Positions 23,400 to 36,796 of a stretch of DNA of 64,000 nucleotides are shown piece after piece; the first letter of the stretch is position 1, and every line of letters starts with the position of its first letter. Both the position numbers and the translations under genes were made by a program. The notes below the pieces were generated by a model. The model searched no databases. It saw only the letters and a list, made by a program, of their open reading frames with translations, and had not been told where the DNA came from. Source of the stretch: Utricularia gibba (taxonomy: Eukaryota; Plantae; Magnoliophyta); NCBI GenBank assembly GCA_002189035.1, contig CM007989.1:372001-436000 (forward strand), written 5' to 3'.

Positions 23400-24828
23400 A
23401 TGGGGAGAAGCTTTGGACTACGGAGGAAGATAAGGCTATTTTAGAAAGTGTGTTGGGCCGTGAAACTTTAGAATACTTTGCCTGGTTGGCTTTGAATGAT
23501 GTGTTACCCGAATTCTCTGTTTCTGGAGGTTGTCTTGGAGTTCAGCAGGCTCTTGGCAATTTGGTCGATGGATCTGATTGGAATTATGTTATATATTGGC
23601 ATGTTGCGAAGTCAAGGTCCGGTAAATCAGCATTGGTATGGGGTGATGGCCATTTGAAAGATTCCCTAGAAGTTTCCAATGGAAGATGCAATGGTTTGGG
23701 GGTTGAATATACTACGGAAGGAGATTGTAGAAAGCAGGTGCTGCGAAAGATTCGTGCTTGCCTTGGTGGATCAGAGGATGATAATATTGCAACTAAGTTG
23801 GATCGAGTTTCTGATTTAGAAATGTTTTATCTGACATCGATGTGCTTTGTCTTTCCCTTTGATAAGCCTTCTGTGCCTTCTCAGTCCTTTAACTCTGGCA
23901 GGACAATATGGGTTTCAGGCAAGAAAGGCTGCTTAGAACGTTACCAAACGAGATCGCATTTAGCCGATATGGCTGGGTTTGAGACAGTGGTGTTCATCCC
24001 CTCTAAATCTGGAGTTGTGGAGTTGGGTTCTAGGAAGTCAATACTGGAAGATCACAACCTTATCAAATCTGCACAATCAGTAGTAGTAAAACTGAGTTCA
24101 GCAAGATCTTTGCCCAAGATTTTTGGGCAAGAACTCAGTCTTGGAGCCTCCCGGTCAGGACCAGTCAGCAGTACTTTTCCTCCAAAAGTGGAGGATGAAT
24201 ATGAACATGCAAATCCATCGAATGGACATCTAGTGGATGAAGGTGAAGTGAATAGGTTTCCACAGAGGAGTCATGTCCCTGTTGGGGGCATGAATCAAGG
24301 AAAGGAAGAAACTTTTGCCCTCTCTGATGACCAGAGGCCTCGGAAACGCGGTAGAAAGCCTGCAAATGGTAGAGACGAGCCACTGAATCATGTGGAGGCA
24401 GAGAGACAGCGACGGGAAAAGCTTAATCAGCGGTTTTATGCATTGAGAGCTGTAGTTCCCAACATCTCAAAGATGGACAAAGCCTCTCTTCTTGGTGATG
24501 CCATTGCCTATATCACAGATCTTCAAACAAAGATAAGGATCTTGGAAACAGAGAAGGGGATTTCGAACCCTTTGCATCAGCAATGTGTACCATCAGATAT
24601 AGATTTCCTGGGGAGGAGTGAAGATGCAGTTGTCAGGATAAGTTGCCCTCTGGATTCTCACCCTGCATCTGCAGTTGTGAGGACCTTGAGGGAGCATCAG
24701 TTGACAGCCCAGGAGTCATCCATCTCCGTAACAGAGACCGGTGAAGTTGTTCATACATTTTCTATTAAAACAGAAAGGGTGGCGCAGAAGAGTTGAAGGA
24801 TAAGTTATCTGCTGCTCTTTTGAAATGA
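23400..24828 (+). CDS. bHLH3: MYC-related bHLH transcription factor (bHLH3/JAM3-like); two apparent 1-nt frameshifts
   Basis: bHLH-MYC_N region (SDWNYVIYW...LVWGDGH; [19 protein letters not shown]) and basic/HLH region [66 protein letters not shown] start and [16 protein letters not shown] end each need +1 G (runs 23402-23405 and 24777-24779). Confidence 0.88.
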
Positions 24829-25172
24829 CTCCACACACGATGTAAGTTCCCTACCCACCTCCATGTGGCCATCACCTATCCTCGTACGCATTTCACATAC
24901 AAATTCTTGCATTGTACTGAGCATTACTCTATCTGATTGTAATTACATGAATTGTGTAGAATCCAAACTGATTGAGCCGAAATTTCTTCACTAAATAAGG
25001 CGTTTGTCTTTATTTTACAACTGAGCTTTGTCACCCCGTTATTGTGCAAGTGTTGAAAAACAAAGAACTACCTACACCCCAAAGTTTGTGTAGGAGAAAA
25101 AGCTTGAGCTATGACAATCTATGGTCTTCATCTTCTTTTGCAGTCACTAGCCTCCCCAATCTGCAACCAACC

Positions 25173-25454
25173 CTATTTGGAAGAGAAAGAGGAGGGGGAT
25201 GTGGGAAGAATGTCTCTGAAACCGATCGAATTCAAACATGGGGGGCCGCCTCGCCCCGGTATCCAAGTACATCCGCTCGGAGCCGGAGGGCCGCCCGGTC
25301 TGCTCGGCCGCTGTTGCAAGGATGCCGAGAGAAGAGGCTCGGTTAGCATTGAGTGACCAAGTTTCTTCTCGAGGAATCTAGAAGCTTCACATGATGTTCC
25401 AAGAAGAAGCAAGAGAAAGAAGACAGTAGCAGTAGCAGCTCCTTGAATGCCCAT
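25173..25454 (-). CDS. Small secreted peptide precursor, PIP/PIPL-like with a Cys pair
   Basis: 93 aa, intronless. Signal peptide VFFLLLLLGTSCEA|SR, then SLQQRPSRPGGPPAPSGCTWIPGRGGPPC. TATA-like element (ttttatac on +) about 70 bp upstream. Confidence 0.65.
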   Translation of the reverse strand: MGIQGAATATVFFLLLLLGTSCEASRFLEKKLGHSMLTEPLLSASLQQRPSRPGGPPAPSGCTWIPGRGGPPCLNSIGFRDILPTSPSSFSSK

Positions 25455-25608
25455 TGATTATGTATGGATGACCTCCACACAACTTGGCTTTGGCTGTGGA
25501 TGATGAAAGGCCTGGGGTGTGTTTTTATACGCAGAAAACGATGCCACTGCGTATTTCTTTTTTTTTTTTTTTTTATGAATTCCTACCTGAAACATAGACT
25601 TTGAAAAA

Positions 25609-26114
25609 TTGACCGGTTTAATTAATAATATGCTTAATTATTGATGTTGAAATAAATACGCGTTCTATTTATGTAATATATAGTATATTTAATGGATAAA
25701 TTTTGTAAATAAATATATATTTAACATTAAAGAATGTTAAAATTCATTTAATTAATAAAATTCACGTGAATTTTTTTAAAAAACATATAATGAAGAGCTT
25801 ATGATTTTATTTACAAATCAAGTATATATTAAAAGCACAATTTAAATGATATTGAATTTATTTTTAAAAATCCATAGTGGAAAAATGAGTATTTTGTTTT
25901 CTTAATTACTATTATTGTTATAATTAATTAATTACCCATATCAGTTGTGAAATGTCGGCTTCTGGGTCAACGCCACTCGTTCCCTGAGAATTGAATTCCC
26001 CGACGCTTAACGGCTTACGCGCGGCACCGGAGTCGGTCAAATGTCAGCTCCCTGGTCTTGAAGCCGATACGCTTCCGTTGAACGATTCTCTCGTTTCTGC
26101 GCATTCGCAGTCAA
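25609..26114. promoter_or_regulatory. W-box (TTGACY) cluster upstream of the PIP-like peptide gene
   Basis: ttgacc at 25609; ggtcaa at 25965 and 26035; agtcaa at 26109. Confidence 0.4.
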
Positions 26115-26181
26115 ATTCCCACAATATGCTCTTTGTATATGTGAAGGAAACAATAATAATAATGCGACGTACATTCGACAC

Positions 26182-28388
26182 TCAATTCACTGTTTTCAGA
26201 GGATCACGTTGGGGGCTCTCTGGGGCTCCGGTGTCTTCGTCTTGCGGCAAAGCTTGCATGAGGGTTTCAGCAACTGCTGCACTGGCCTTCTCCTTTAGGA
26301 GCTCCAGAACAGACACGGCATCCTTCAGTTCATCCTCTGCGCTTGCACCGTGGCCTTCGTAGGCCTCCACTACCTTCTCCTGAAAACTGAGCGCCAGGGG
26401 GTAGCTGGAATATGGAAAGAAAAATGGGTTGGAAACTAGTGATGGATTCCATTTGCAACCTAAATGCAATGGTAAACAGCAACCCATATAGAAGAAACGA
26501 TTCCCCTGTCGCCGGAATTCTATGCTAACACAAAAGAGGAACCTAAACAGAGCAGACGTTGAACCTAAGCCACCAAGAATTGTATTTAAGCATGCAAGAC
26601 CTTCATTTTACTGGCATGTTCGAGGACGAGGGTGCATTTGTGAACGTAAAACTAATTGAAAAGCAGCAGTTTTTATGGTCATTTCTTGTACCTTCCCATG
26701 GATGCGTAGGCTTTGGAAAGATTCTGGCAAGCTTCTATTGAGTCTACATGGTGAGGACCAAGAGAGACATCCATGATCTCTTTGGCATAAGCAAATACCT
26801 GTGCGGCTGACTGCGGTCTGCCTAATTCTAAATATGCAGCTCCTAAGTTATTGTAAACATAACCAACTCCATAATGGTTTGATCCGAAACTCTCCTTCAA
26901 TCTTTCAGCAGCATCTTCCAGATATGGAATTGCCTGATCCACCCTTCCAGTTAACAGAAGCAGCCAACCAACCCGGGCAGACACACTACCTACAGAATGC
27001 TGCTCTTGTGGAAGCTTATCCATCATCGATATTGCTCTCTTTAACAAAGATATAGCCGTTTCAAACTCATTCATCACTTCATATTGCATTGCAATTTCAG
27101 AATACGCTTCAGCAACGGAAAGAGGACAACTTCTCTGCTTACCAAGAATTTCACAGGCCATTTTTAAACATCCCTTGGCATCTGCAAACTTATCTTGACT
27201 GCAGAAAGCTTTTGCCATGGAAGTAAGTATCAATGCTCGATCCTCACTATCCTTATCCGTCTGCTGTAGAACACCCTTTAAAGCATCGATTGCTTCATCA
27301 TATCTCCCCAAAGCAATCTGCATATTTGCAGCATCAATTTCTGCACGAAGCAAATCAGGGCTACAACCCCATTTCTTCATTATCTTCTGTGATAACTGGT
27401 TCTGCTCTAACGCCTTCCCATGCTCTTCTAATCCACTATAAATGACTCCAAGAAGCTTCCTATCATATGCAACCTCCACTGAGTTATTACCTAAATGTGC
27501 TGTATGTATCTCTAAAGCCTTCAAACAGTGAACCAAAGCTTCGTTGAAATTTAAAACTGCAACATAAGCTTCTGCAACATCCCTGTTCGCTTTCCCAAGT
27601 TCTCTACTGCCTTCCTCCAAGCTCTTCTCTTTGATTTCCAAAGCTTTCTTAAGATGAAACAAAGCGTCTTCTCTCCTCCCAATAGCCGTCTTTACATTGA
27701 ACAATTCCAACTGAACAGCATGCAAAATTGGCAAAATTTCATCAGAAGCGCATGAACTCTCCATTTCCAATTTGCTTAGCACCCTATTGGCCTTATTCAA
27801 GTAACCTAGACTATCACTAAATTTTTTTAACTTAAAACAACAAGAGCCTAATAGCTGCAAAGCCATAGCTACCGGCAAAGAAAATTTGCTGCTGCCATCA
27901 GGATCGTCGCAACCACCCAATATTCTAAAAGCTCTTTGCGCAAAAGACAGAGTCTTTTCATGGTCCTCACTCTCACGGTCAAGCATGAGACCAACTTTCA
28001 AACAGGCCATGCCCAAATCCTTCTCTTCCACGGATAACTCCATTTCTTTAAATGCTCTAAGCATTTCATCAATTGTCTTGGCAGACTCAAAAGCCTCTTC
28101 AAGGGCGGATCTTTCTTTGATTTTTCTTTGTCTAGATGAAATCTGAGGTTCCCTATGGGCAACCGGGTCCGCAAGTGCGTGGAGACATCGATTTCCACAC
28201 TGAACCCGAGTCCAATTCATCACCGGGGAAGCGAAAAGTTCATTCCTGGGCAAGCGGTGGACATGGGATGTTGCAGCAGCTATAAAGAAGCAGTTTAAAT
28301 CGCTAGTAATTTCCCTCGGAAACAAAGGGACTGGGGTTTTACACCATGCCCTCTGAAAATGAAAGAAAAGCTTAGAAGACGTCCTCAT
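26182..28388 (-). CDS. Tetratricopeptide-repeat protein (kinesin-light-chain-type TPRs), probably organelle-targeted
   Basis: Transit-peptide-like N-terminus MRTSSKLFFHF...; QISSRQRKIKERSALEEAFESA; many TPR helices (YNNLGAAYLELGRPQSAAQVF, GPHHVDSIEACQNLSKAY). One GT-AG intron leads to the last exon YPLALSFQEKVV. Confidence 0.85.
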
Positions 28389-28852
28389 GATCCAGATTCC
28401 ACCTAACCAATGCAGAATTTCTGAGCGACGACGATTTTCAAGGCATACACCAGTCACCACTCATCCATTGGGTTAAACCCTAGCAAGAAAATCCTCCGCG
28501 TCAAAACCCAGGGAGCGTTTCCAATTTTCCATTTCCATCAAGAAGACGAGACGATTCAAGTGGGCCAGCTCACTTCAGAATTCCAGAGCTTGTAGGCCCA
28601 TTTTATTGCAACGAATTGGTGTGACTCCCCAAGGCCCAATTGATGTTAATTTAAAAACTTTTTTCTATTTAAATCCGAATTAAGCCCCAATTTTTTTAAA
28701 AAAAATTAGTGAATTTTAGCTATAAAAATAGTAATTCATTTAATTATAATAATTGAAATTCCAAGTATGAAAATAATATTTCGAGTAACGGAGGGAGGCG
28801 TTGCAATTTGCGTTGGTCCGTTACAGCGGGGGGCCGAGGCCTCGCTTACCGT

Positions 28853-30782
28853 TTACGGAACATCGCCGGAATCCAGTATACCTGTGGAGAGTTGTGCCAA
28901 AACTCCGACGAGAGGCGCATTGTTGGCTGTAGCGGGCTCAGCCTGCTGGTAATTATCTCTGGCATCGGAGTAATAATCGGCCTGATCGGGTCCGCCGACG
29001 ACCGCCCCCACGAGGATGTTGGGGTTATCGGCGTCCCGGTGGAACCACTGGTCGTAGCCTCCGTTGCAGGACACGGGCGTGGGGTTTTTCTTGATCGAAA
29101 CGATCGATGCTCCTCTGTGGTGGACTCTTCTCGGATACCTCGCCCCGAATCCCACCATGTAGCTCATTCCCTTCGGGTTAGCTCCAAGGATGTAGTCAAT
29201 CTGCGTGCCACGCATCGTAGGTTATAGTTTATCGTCGATGTTCTGTTTTTATAATGTCGAACGTGGAGGGTGGATACCTGAGCTCGAGTTTCTGAGATCA
29301 GATCCGCCGGAGATGCAGTTCCGGCGGGGCACTGAATGAGTTTCCCGGAAGCATGGAGGACTTGGGCGTAGGTTGTTAGTAGGAAAGAAGCACTGGTGAC
29401 GTACTGAAGATTGTTCCATTGGTTGAAATACAGGAGCCCGGCGTTGCTCCTGGGCACGTTGCCATTTCCTTTCTGAATGCAGTTGCAGATGAACTGCTCG
29501 GCGTCGTTCCTGAACTCGCTCCAAATGCCATTCCCTTCAAGTCTTCCTTCTGCTACACCCTGCACCACCATAATTCAACCAAACAGTCAAACAACTGCTG
29601 AAATACAGAATCCAATGAGTAGTACCAGTGCGCATCAGAAACCAAGTTCAACAATCACGATTAACCTATGCTCCAATGGATAACCTCATCTTGCCTTGGC
29701 GATTAGAACTTGAGCGCCCGTGTACTTGTCATCCCAAGAAAACATAGTTCTGGTTCCACCAGTGCTCCCCATGCTTGAGATGAAGGCCCAGTACCTGCTG
29801 TCTTCGGTCGCCGTCGCTAGCCATGCCGCCGCCCAGATCAACTCGTCCTGAGAGTCTCATTAATGCACGCGTGTGGATTGACTTCAAGCATAAGTATCTC
29901 ACTTTGTTAAACAGTACCTGATAGCCGCTGCTTGAATAGAACTGTCCGGCAGATGGGATGCTGTTCTGGTAGAGGCCAGTATGTGTTCTTGCAAATTCAA
30001 ACAACTGACAAGAACATTCACTAGAATCATCTCTCTGAGTGAAGAAAAAAAATCATGATGTTCCTCATGTGTTTTACCTGCTCTGCATGGTTGAGAAGGG
30101 TGCCGGAATATGCAGGATTCGAGGTTCTGAACGCAAGGGAGGCTGCCGCCATCGCGGCGGCGGTCTCCCCAGCAAGATCTGACCCGGGATTCTGAGCGTC
30201 GATCCTGTAAGGAGTTCTCGGCGTGGTCATGTCTTCGGGCCTCTGCCAACACTGGTGATCGGAGTTACCATCTCCGACTTGGCCGTACAAAACCTCCGGC
30301 TCAGTGTGGGCCTTCAGCAAGTAATCCGTGCCCCACTTAATCGCCGACAGTGCGTTCCACAGCTCTCCTCTGTCCTCGAGCTGCGGCCCAAAGTCCAGGA
30401 CGCTCCAGGACAGCATCGTCACCGTGAAAGCCATCGGAAGCCCGAACTTCACATTGTCCCCGGCGTCGTAGTACCCTCCCACCAGATCAATCTGCGCATG
30501 CAAGAAAAGAAGCCCACCTCCGTCAAATGACTGTATTACAAGTGCCCGTGAAACACACCAAGCAGTAGTACCCCCGCGTCGTGGCCGTCATCAAGGGCCG
30601 AATCGGATCTCCATTGGACCGCTGGCCAGCCGGCAGCTTCCCGGACCTCTGCGCTTCGTAGAACAACAGAGATTTAGTTAGAGCTTCTCCATAGCGGTCC
30701 ATGGAGGCAGCTCCATGATGCACCAGAGCCGCAACACACAGAAACATGCACAATCTCCTCTGCTCCCGCTTCCCGCCGCCAT
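28853..30782 (-). CDS. GH9B: Endo-1,4-beta-glucanase, glycoside hydrolase family 9 (class B); at least one apparent frameshift in exon 1
   Basis: [17 protein letters not shown]; [21 protein letters not shown]; WQRPEDM; [17 protein letters not shown]; FSWDDKY; NNLQY; [18 protein letters not shown]; GAVVGGPD...[13 protein letters not shown]. +1 G is needed at 30619-30620 (QRVQWRSDS). Start uncertain: 30782 with a further +1 G, or 30747. Confidence 0.92.
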
Positions 30783-32498
30783 AACTTCCCACTGAACCAG
30801 AGCTCCTCCTCCCTTCTGCTACCCATCATTCATTTATAGACAGACAGCCCGTTGAGTGAATAAGATTTCTCGAAAAACAAGAAGCATTCAAACACATTCT
30901 TCCTTTTTTGTTATTAGGTTCTCTTCATTTCCCATAACAAACAAGAAAATAATGAATCAAAAGGTAATTATCTCTTGTAGGGTTCATATGAATCTCATAA
31001 AGGAAATTATTTCAAAGCTGTTGCCAATTACTAAACCAAATTTGTTTTTGACTTTTCAGGGTATAAAAGGTTGAAAAAGTTTTCAAATTTAGGTTACAAA
31101 GACCGGAATTTGGTGAATATTTGTCTTTCGAAATTCCGAGATTTTAGGAAATTTTAAAATGTTGATTTTTATCATTGTTTTTCAAAAACGAGTTCAACTC
31201 ATTATCCAATTTATTCATGATTTTGAATAAAATTATTTTTAATCATCTTCAATTTATCCTAAAAAATAAAAAAATAATTAGTTAAATATAATATTTATAA
31301 AATTTAGTTTTTACTTTTTTAAAAAAGTCATTAAATCCAACAAAAAAATCATGATTTCGAATTGAATACTTTTTTAAAAAATATTTTTTTTAAAAAAACT
31401 AAATTAAAGAATGGATTGGGCTGAAGAAGGAAGGCCCAGCCCGTAAGGTGTGGGCGATTTTGGAGACGAAGTCCATCATGACGGTCCATTTATTTGTTGT
31501 TCGGAGCTAATAAAAACTAGCGGAGATTCGTCAATGGAGTCCTCTGCTTACGTCTCCGTTTGTTTCCTTGCTGATCAAGAGTAGGGATAGAAAGGCGTGA
31601 AATAGAGAGAGGTATTTGGCACGCGGTATATTACATTTGTGTAAAACCCACAACTATGACATGGAAGAGAAGAGTATAGCATATACTTCGGTATTTTGAA
31701 CAGCCGAAAAAAGGGAGAATTTTGAGCTTTCCACGCAACGCAACCCCGGGCCTTTCGTCTTTCAGTTGGTTGTTTTATTGAGGTTCAACGTTGCTAGGGG
31801 AAAAGAAAGCAAGATTACATTCATGACTAGCTGATGAATTCTGATTCTTTATATTTTTTTCATGTGATTTCGCCCAAAACTTGATTCGTATCTTGGGTTA
31901 CTGTTGCATGTAATATTGAGATTCGTGGGTCGGATTTTCTTGGTGATTTCTGGGGTAAAGTTTATTCTTTTAGTTCATGTTTTTATGGTATTTGTGATTT
32001 ATCGCTTGGGTTTATGTACTTTTGGTGTGGGTGAATGTGATCGTTTCGTATTCGGGGTTCCCATCAACGCTTTTTCTAATGGAGGGCAGAAATTAATTTT
32101 CGTCAACTTTGAGAGAATAATGTAATCGGATGAATTGCGGTTTTGTGAGGGCTTAATTTGCGGCGCATAAGAAGATTGATTTGCGAAGGCGATCAGACAA
32201 GTAGTCTCTCTTGCATAACCTTTTGTCGCTGCTGATTGATAAGCTTGCTCTTTTTCTCCAGATATCTCTTTTGCAAGCTCAAGGTTTTCAAGCTGCATTC
32301 GGTGATCTGGACACGTGGAAGTCTTTGTTGCATTTCTCGAGATCCTATCAAGGTACATAATTATTGATAGGGATAAGTAGCTTCAGCTTAGGGTCTTGTG
32401 CTCCTTTTTTTATTATCCTTTTTTTCTGCAGAATTCTATTGTGATTCATCTGCCTGCCGAATGGATTTTTGTGCTCATCTGCTGTTAGCTTATGAGTG

Positions 32499-35400
32499 AT
32501 GTTCAGTTGGGAAAAAAGTTTTCAAGCTCTTAATGTCTTTAGATGGAAACAGCATAGTAAATCATCTCTAAGTTCTGGTCTTCTTGATTATCATCATCAT
32601 GAAATCGAATTGTCTGATTACCATAAGGCACCCAGCCCACGGAGTGAAAGCCCCTCCGGGTTTCTTGATGGGGAGACTTTGAATGCAGAATCTATTGATG
32701 ATTTGGATCTGTTCTTTGAGAGAATTTATTCATATTACTGCAACAGAGGCCTTTGGTGTATCATCGTTAAGTGGATAATTGAGCTTCTGAGCTTGGCCTT
32801 TACCATATGCTTTTCTGGATTTTTCTTACTCTTTGTGGATTGGAATGGGCTTAGGAATGCCAAATGTGGGATGGATGCTGTGGAATCTGGAATCAAACCA
32901 TGTGATTTGTCTAAAGAGGCTTTGCATCAGCATCCATTGGCTCCCTTTACCATGGGCAAAGCTATAATTGTTGGGTATTTGGGGATATTTTCTGTATATT
33001 GGGTCTTCTGCTTTTTTCGATTCTTTGCACAGCTGAAGGAAACTCTTAAGATCCGCCAGTTCTACAACAAGAGGTATGTATGTGTAGTTTAACTTTGATC
33101 ATGATTTTGCTCTTTGGGTCTGTCTTTCTATAATGGTTACTTATTAGGCATCAATTCTGCAGTCTCTGTGTAACAGACAGTGAGTTACAGACACTGTCAT
33201 GGTCATTGATCCTTGAAAAGGTTGTTCAAGTACAGCATAGACAGCAACTATCTGTGGTCAAGGACCTTTCTGTTCATGATGTGGTAATGAGATTGATGCG
33301 CAAGGAGAATTACTTGATTGGCATGCTCAACAAAGGAGCGCTTGCATTCCCTGTTTCAGAGTGGCTCCCTATTGCTGGGATAACGTACAGTGTAGGTGTT
33401 AATGGTGTTAAGGAGCGATTGATACTACCAAAGACCCTGGTATGGATATTGAATTGGTGCATACTACAGTGTATGTTTGACAGGTATGCTCCAGCAAATG
33501 ACATGAGTCATGCATCTATAATTTTGGGACCTCGTTTTGAATATTTTTTCTTCATGTTGGCTGATCTGCTTTTATCATCTTTCATCCGTTGACAGGAACT
33601 TTCTCATCCGAAGGGAATTTGTCTCTGACCCAGTAACATTAAGGAAAAGACTTAGGATAGTTGGCTTCATTCTCCTTTTTCTGTCCCCATTTCTTGTTAT
33701 TTTCATGGTGGTATATCTCTTTCTAAGGCATGCGGAAGAATTCTACAATCATCCAAGCACTGCCTCTTCCCGTAGGTGGTCGAATCTTTCTAAATGGATG
33801 TTCAGGGAATTCAATGAGGTATCTCCATAAAGTTATCACCCTATTTTTCTTTTGCACACGTTCAAGTTTTCTGAATATGTGAAATTTTTTGTACATTTAT
33901 TCCTCTTTGTAATCCAACATGAGAACTCATTTTCTCAGGTTGACCATCTGTTCAAGCACCGTATGAATAACAGTGTCGTGCATGCCTCTGATTATTTAAA
34001 GCAGTTTCCCTCACCCATCATGACTACTGTGGCCAAGTTTATTTCATTTATCTCGGGTGGCTTTGCTGCTGTGCTTATCATCATTGCATTCCTTGAGGAA
34101 TCTCTTCTGGAAGGCCATGTAATAATCTGTTACATATTTTGCTCTTAAATTTCTCATTTTCCTTACACCCTTTTTGTTTGAACTAGCAGATTTTTGGTCG
34201 GAACTTATTCTGGTATGCAGCTGTTTTTGGTACCATAACAGCGATAAGTCGGGCTGCGGTGGCTGATGAACTCCTTGTTCTTGATCCACAAGGAATGATG
34301 TCACAAGTAGTCCAGCATACGCATTTTATGCCCAAAAGATGGCGTAGGAAAGAGAATACAAAGGGTGTAAAAGAGGAGTTTGAGACTCTTTTTCAGGTAT
34401 GCTGGAAGATTTTTATTTCCCCAATCAAGTTTAAATTTCAACCAGGCATTTGGGGTCTGAAGCCTTTTTCCCCTGCTTGAGACCTTCGACGTGTGTATTT
34501 ACTTCAAATCGCAAGCAAACTCACAAGGAAATTATTATTGTTCAGTACACTGGAATGATGCTGTTGGAAGAGATGGCCTCGATATTTATCACTCCTTACC
34601 TGCTCATCTTTGTTGTTCCAAAGGTTTGACTGTGAGCATTTTCAGTTCATGAACCCCCTTTCGAAGCTGGAATTACACATTTATTTTATGTTGCAGAGAG
34701 TGGACGTTATTTTTCAGTTCATATTGGACTTCACAGTGAATGTTGAAGGTGTCGGTGACATTTGCAGGTATGCACGAAGGGAGTAAGTTTTTGTGCTGAT
34801 TTTACACTTCCTAGTTCTTAATCCTGTTCTTCGTTGCAGTTTTAGTCTCTTTGATTTTAGAAACTATGGAAACAAAAGATATGGTTCACCTTTTGACCTT
34901 CCTCGCGATAGAAGAAGTTCCCAAGGGAAAATGGAGAAGTCCTTTCTAAGGTAGAGTACTCATGTAACAACTGTGTTGCTCACCTTGTTATCTGAGGCAT
35001 TTTTGCTTTGCATCTCCACTGTGTGTGCAGTTTTCATTTAGCCTATCCTTCATGGGAGCCTAACCCAGAAGGAAGGCAGTTCCTGACAACAGTAAAGACT
35101 TTTGGAGACGAGAAGCTGTCTGGGCTTGGGATTATTCCCAGAAAATGGTCTTCCTCAGTGCAGTATCAGAACTTTGGTGGAGCCACGAACCGACGTAGCT
35201 TCCTTCCTGGAGACTTGCATCGCAGGGATGCTTGGGATTTCTCTCAAATGGAGTTGCTATGGCTGGCAGATGGACAGCAAAGGAGCTTCCCTTACATTCT
35301 TGACTTGTATTACACTTCCCATAACCAAGAGATGGACAATGGAACAAGGGAAGCAGCTCCATCCAGGCTTCATGGCGATCATCCTGAGGAGAACCCCAAA

Positions 35401-35880
35401 GATCCATGGCAGAAGGGAATGGACATGAGCCACATGGACATGTGGGATGCCAACCAGTTTGCAGACCGCATAAACAGTCACCTGCAAGCTTCTTCATCCG
35501 CCCCTCTTTTCCAAGAGAGCGTTCTCCGCCATGATGATGAAGCTGCGAGCCTCGCCGTGAACAACCGCTGGTGGGCTCGTGCACCAGCTGTAGCGGATGA
35601 TCATCAGCAAGCAAGCTTTCTAGAGCCGCCCAATTTCCTCGCCGGCACGGCCTCTCACCGGCTCGCAAGCTTCATCGAACCCCCAAACTTCTACAACAAG
35701 AACGCCGCTCATGACGATGGTTTCTCCGATTTATCGGAGAGAAGCTCGGAGGAATCGTCACATCTTCTTGAGCTTCGGAACTCAAGGGGCCTGTCTAGAA
35801 CATTCTTCATGGAAGATTTGGAAGCTGGAGATTTCGATCCTCCGTTCGGGGATGTGTACAGAACACCCTCCGGGGAGTGA
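32499..35880 (+). CDS. ATG9: Autophagy-related protein 9
   Basis: DDLDLFFERIYSYYCNRGLWCII...FVDWNGLRNAKCGMDAVESG; VMRLMRKENYLIGMLNKG; RRWSNLSKWMFREFNEVDHLFKHR; HTHFMPKRWR; GKMEKSFL. Multi-exon with GT-AG junctions. Confidence 0.95.
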
Positions 35881-36796
35881 TGCCTCTCGCCGGCGCCCTG
35901 CGTCATTCTTTGCTGTAAATATTTGTACATAAAATACGTTTCCAGAATTGGGCAGGTGATTATACACTGGTAATAGGCTGCCAAACGGCGCAACCAGGGG
36001 TGAATTTGGAATTCTCCATTATGCAGTTTGTTTTTTAATATGTTTTTTTATATATATAATTCCAAACAAACATAATGAAATTTGTTATTTATATTTTTTT
36101 TATTTTTGCGTCTACTAATTTACAATTTTTAATATTATACATTTTTACTTTAAATAGATTAATTTTATTTTTTATTTCAGAAAAAATTCGTTATTCAATT
36201 TGTCGGAAATTCAATTTTGACCCCAATTCAACATTTCAAATTATGTCGTTGGATCATTATAGAATATTAAAAAAACAAAAAAAATGTTAATTATTTAAAA
36301 TTGGGGATTCTAGGGCTGTTGAGTTCGGCTTCTGCAACAGTTTGCCCCTACGTGATTCGGGTGCTTGGTTTCTTTAAGGTTGTTTTTGGCCCTTGTTTCT
36401 GGAAGATTCTTGTTCTATTGGTGAGCGCTTTTTTTTTCTGAGGAAATTTGGAGGTAAATCGTAGGAGCAATGGTTCAATCCATGTTTGTAAATGTTGAGC
36501 TTTTAGTCCTTTCGTCAATGGATGGTTTTTGTGCAAGTTTTCATCTTTCAGGTTTTGCTCTAGGATTCCTTGAATTTTATTTTGTACAGAATGTTAATCC
36601 TATTCCGTGCCCTTTTTGCTCTAGGTTTTGTTATTCGTCATTGCAATGCTAAGAACGGAGATTTAATTTCGCTTGATACGATTCGTCTGTGATCGGATTG
36701 TGGACAGTAGGAAAATGGATAGCGAAGGGAAATCGATGAATAAGGAGGAGCATTTTGACTTCTGATCGCATCGGTAACCCTACCTCTCAATTTCCC

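Noticed and set aside
28465-28475. Telomere-like words (aaaccctag; also tagggtt at about 2544 and 47483)
   Set aside because: Single copies near 5' ends, consistent with telo-box promoter elements rather than interstitial telomeric arrays or a telomerase RNA; no Pol III USE seen.
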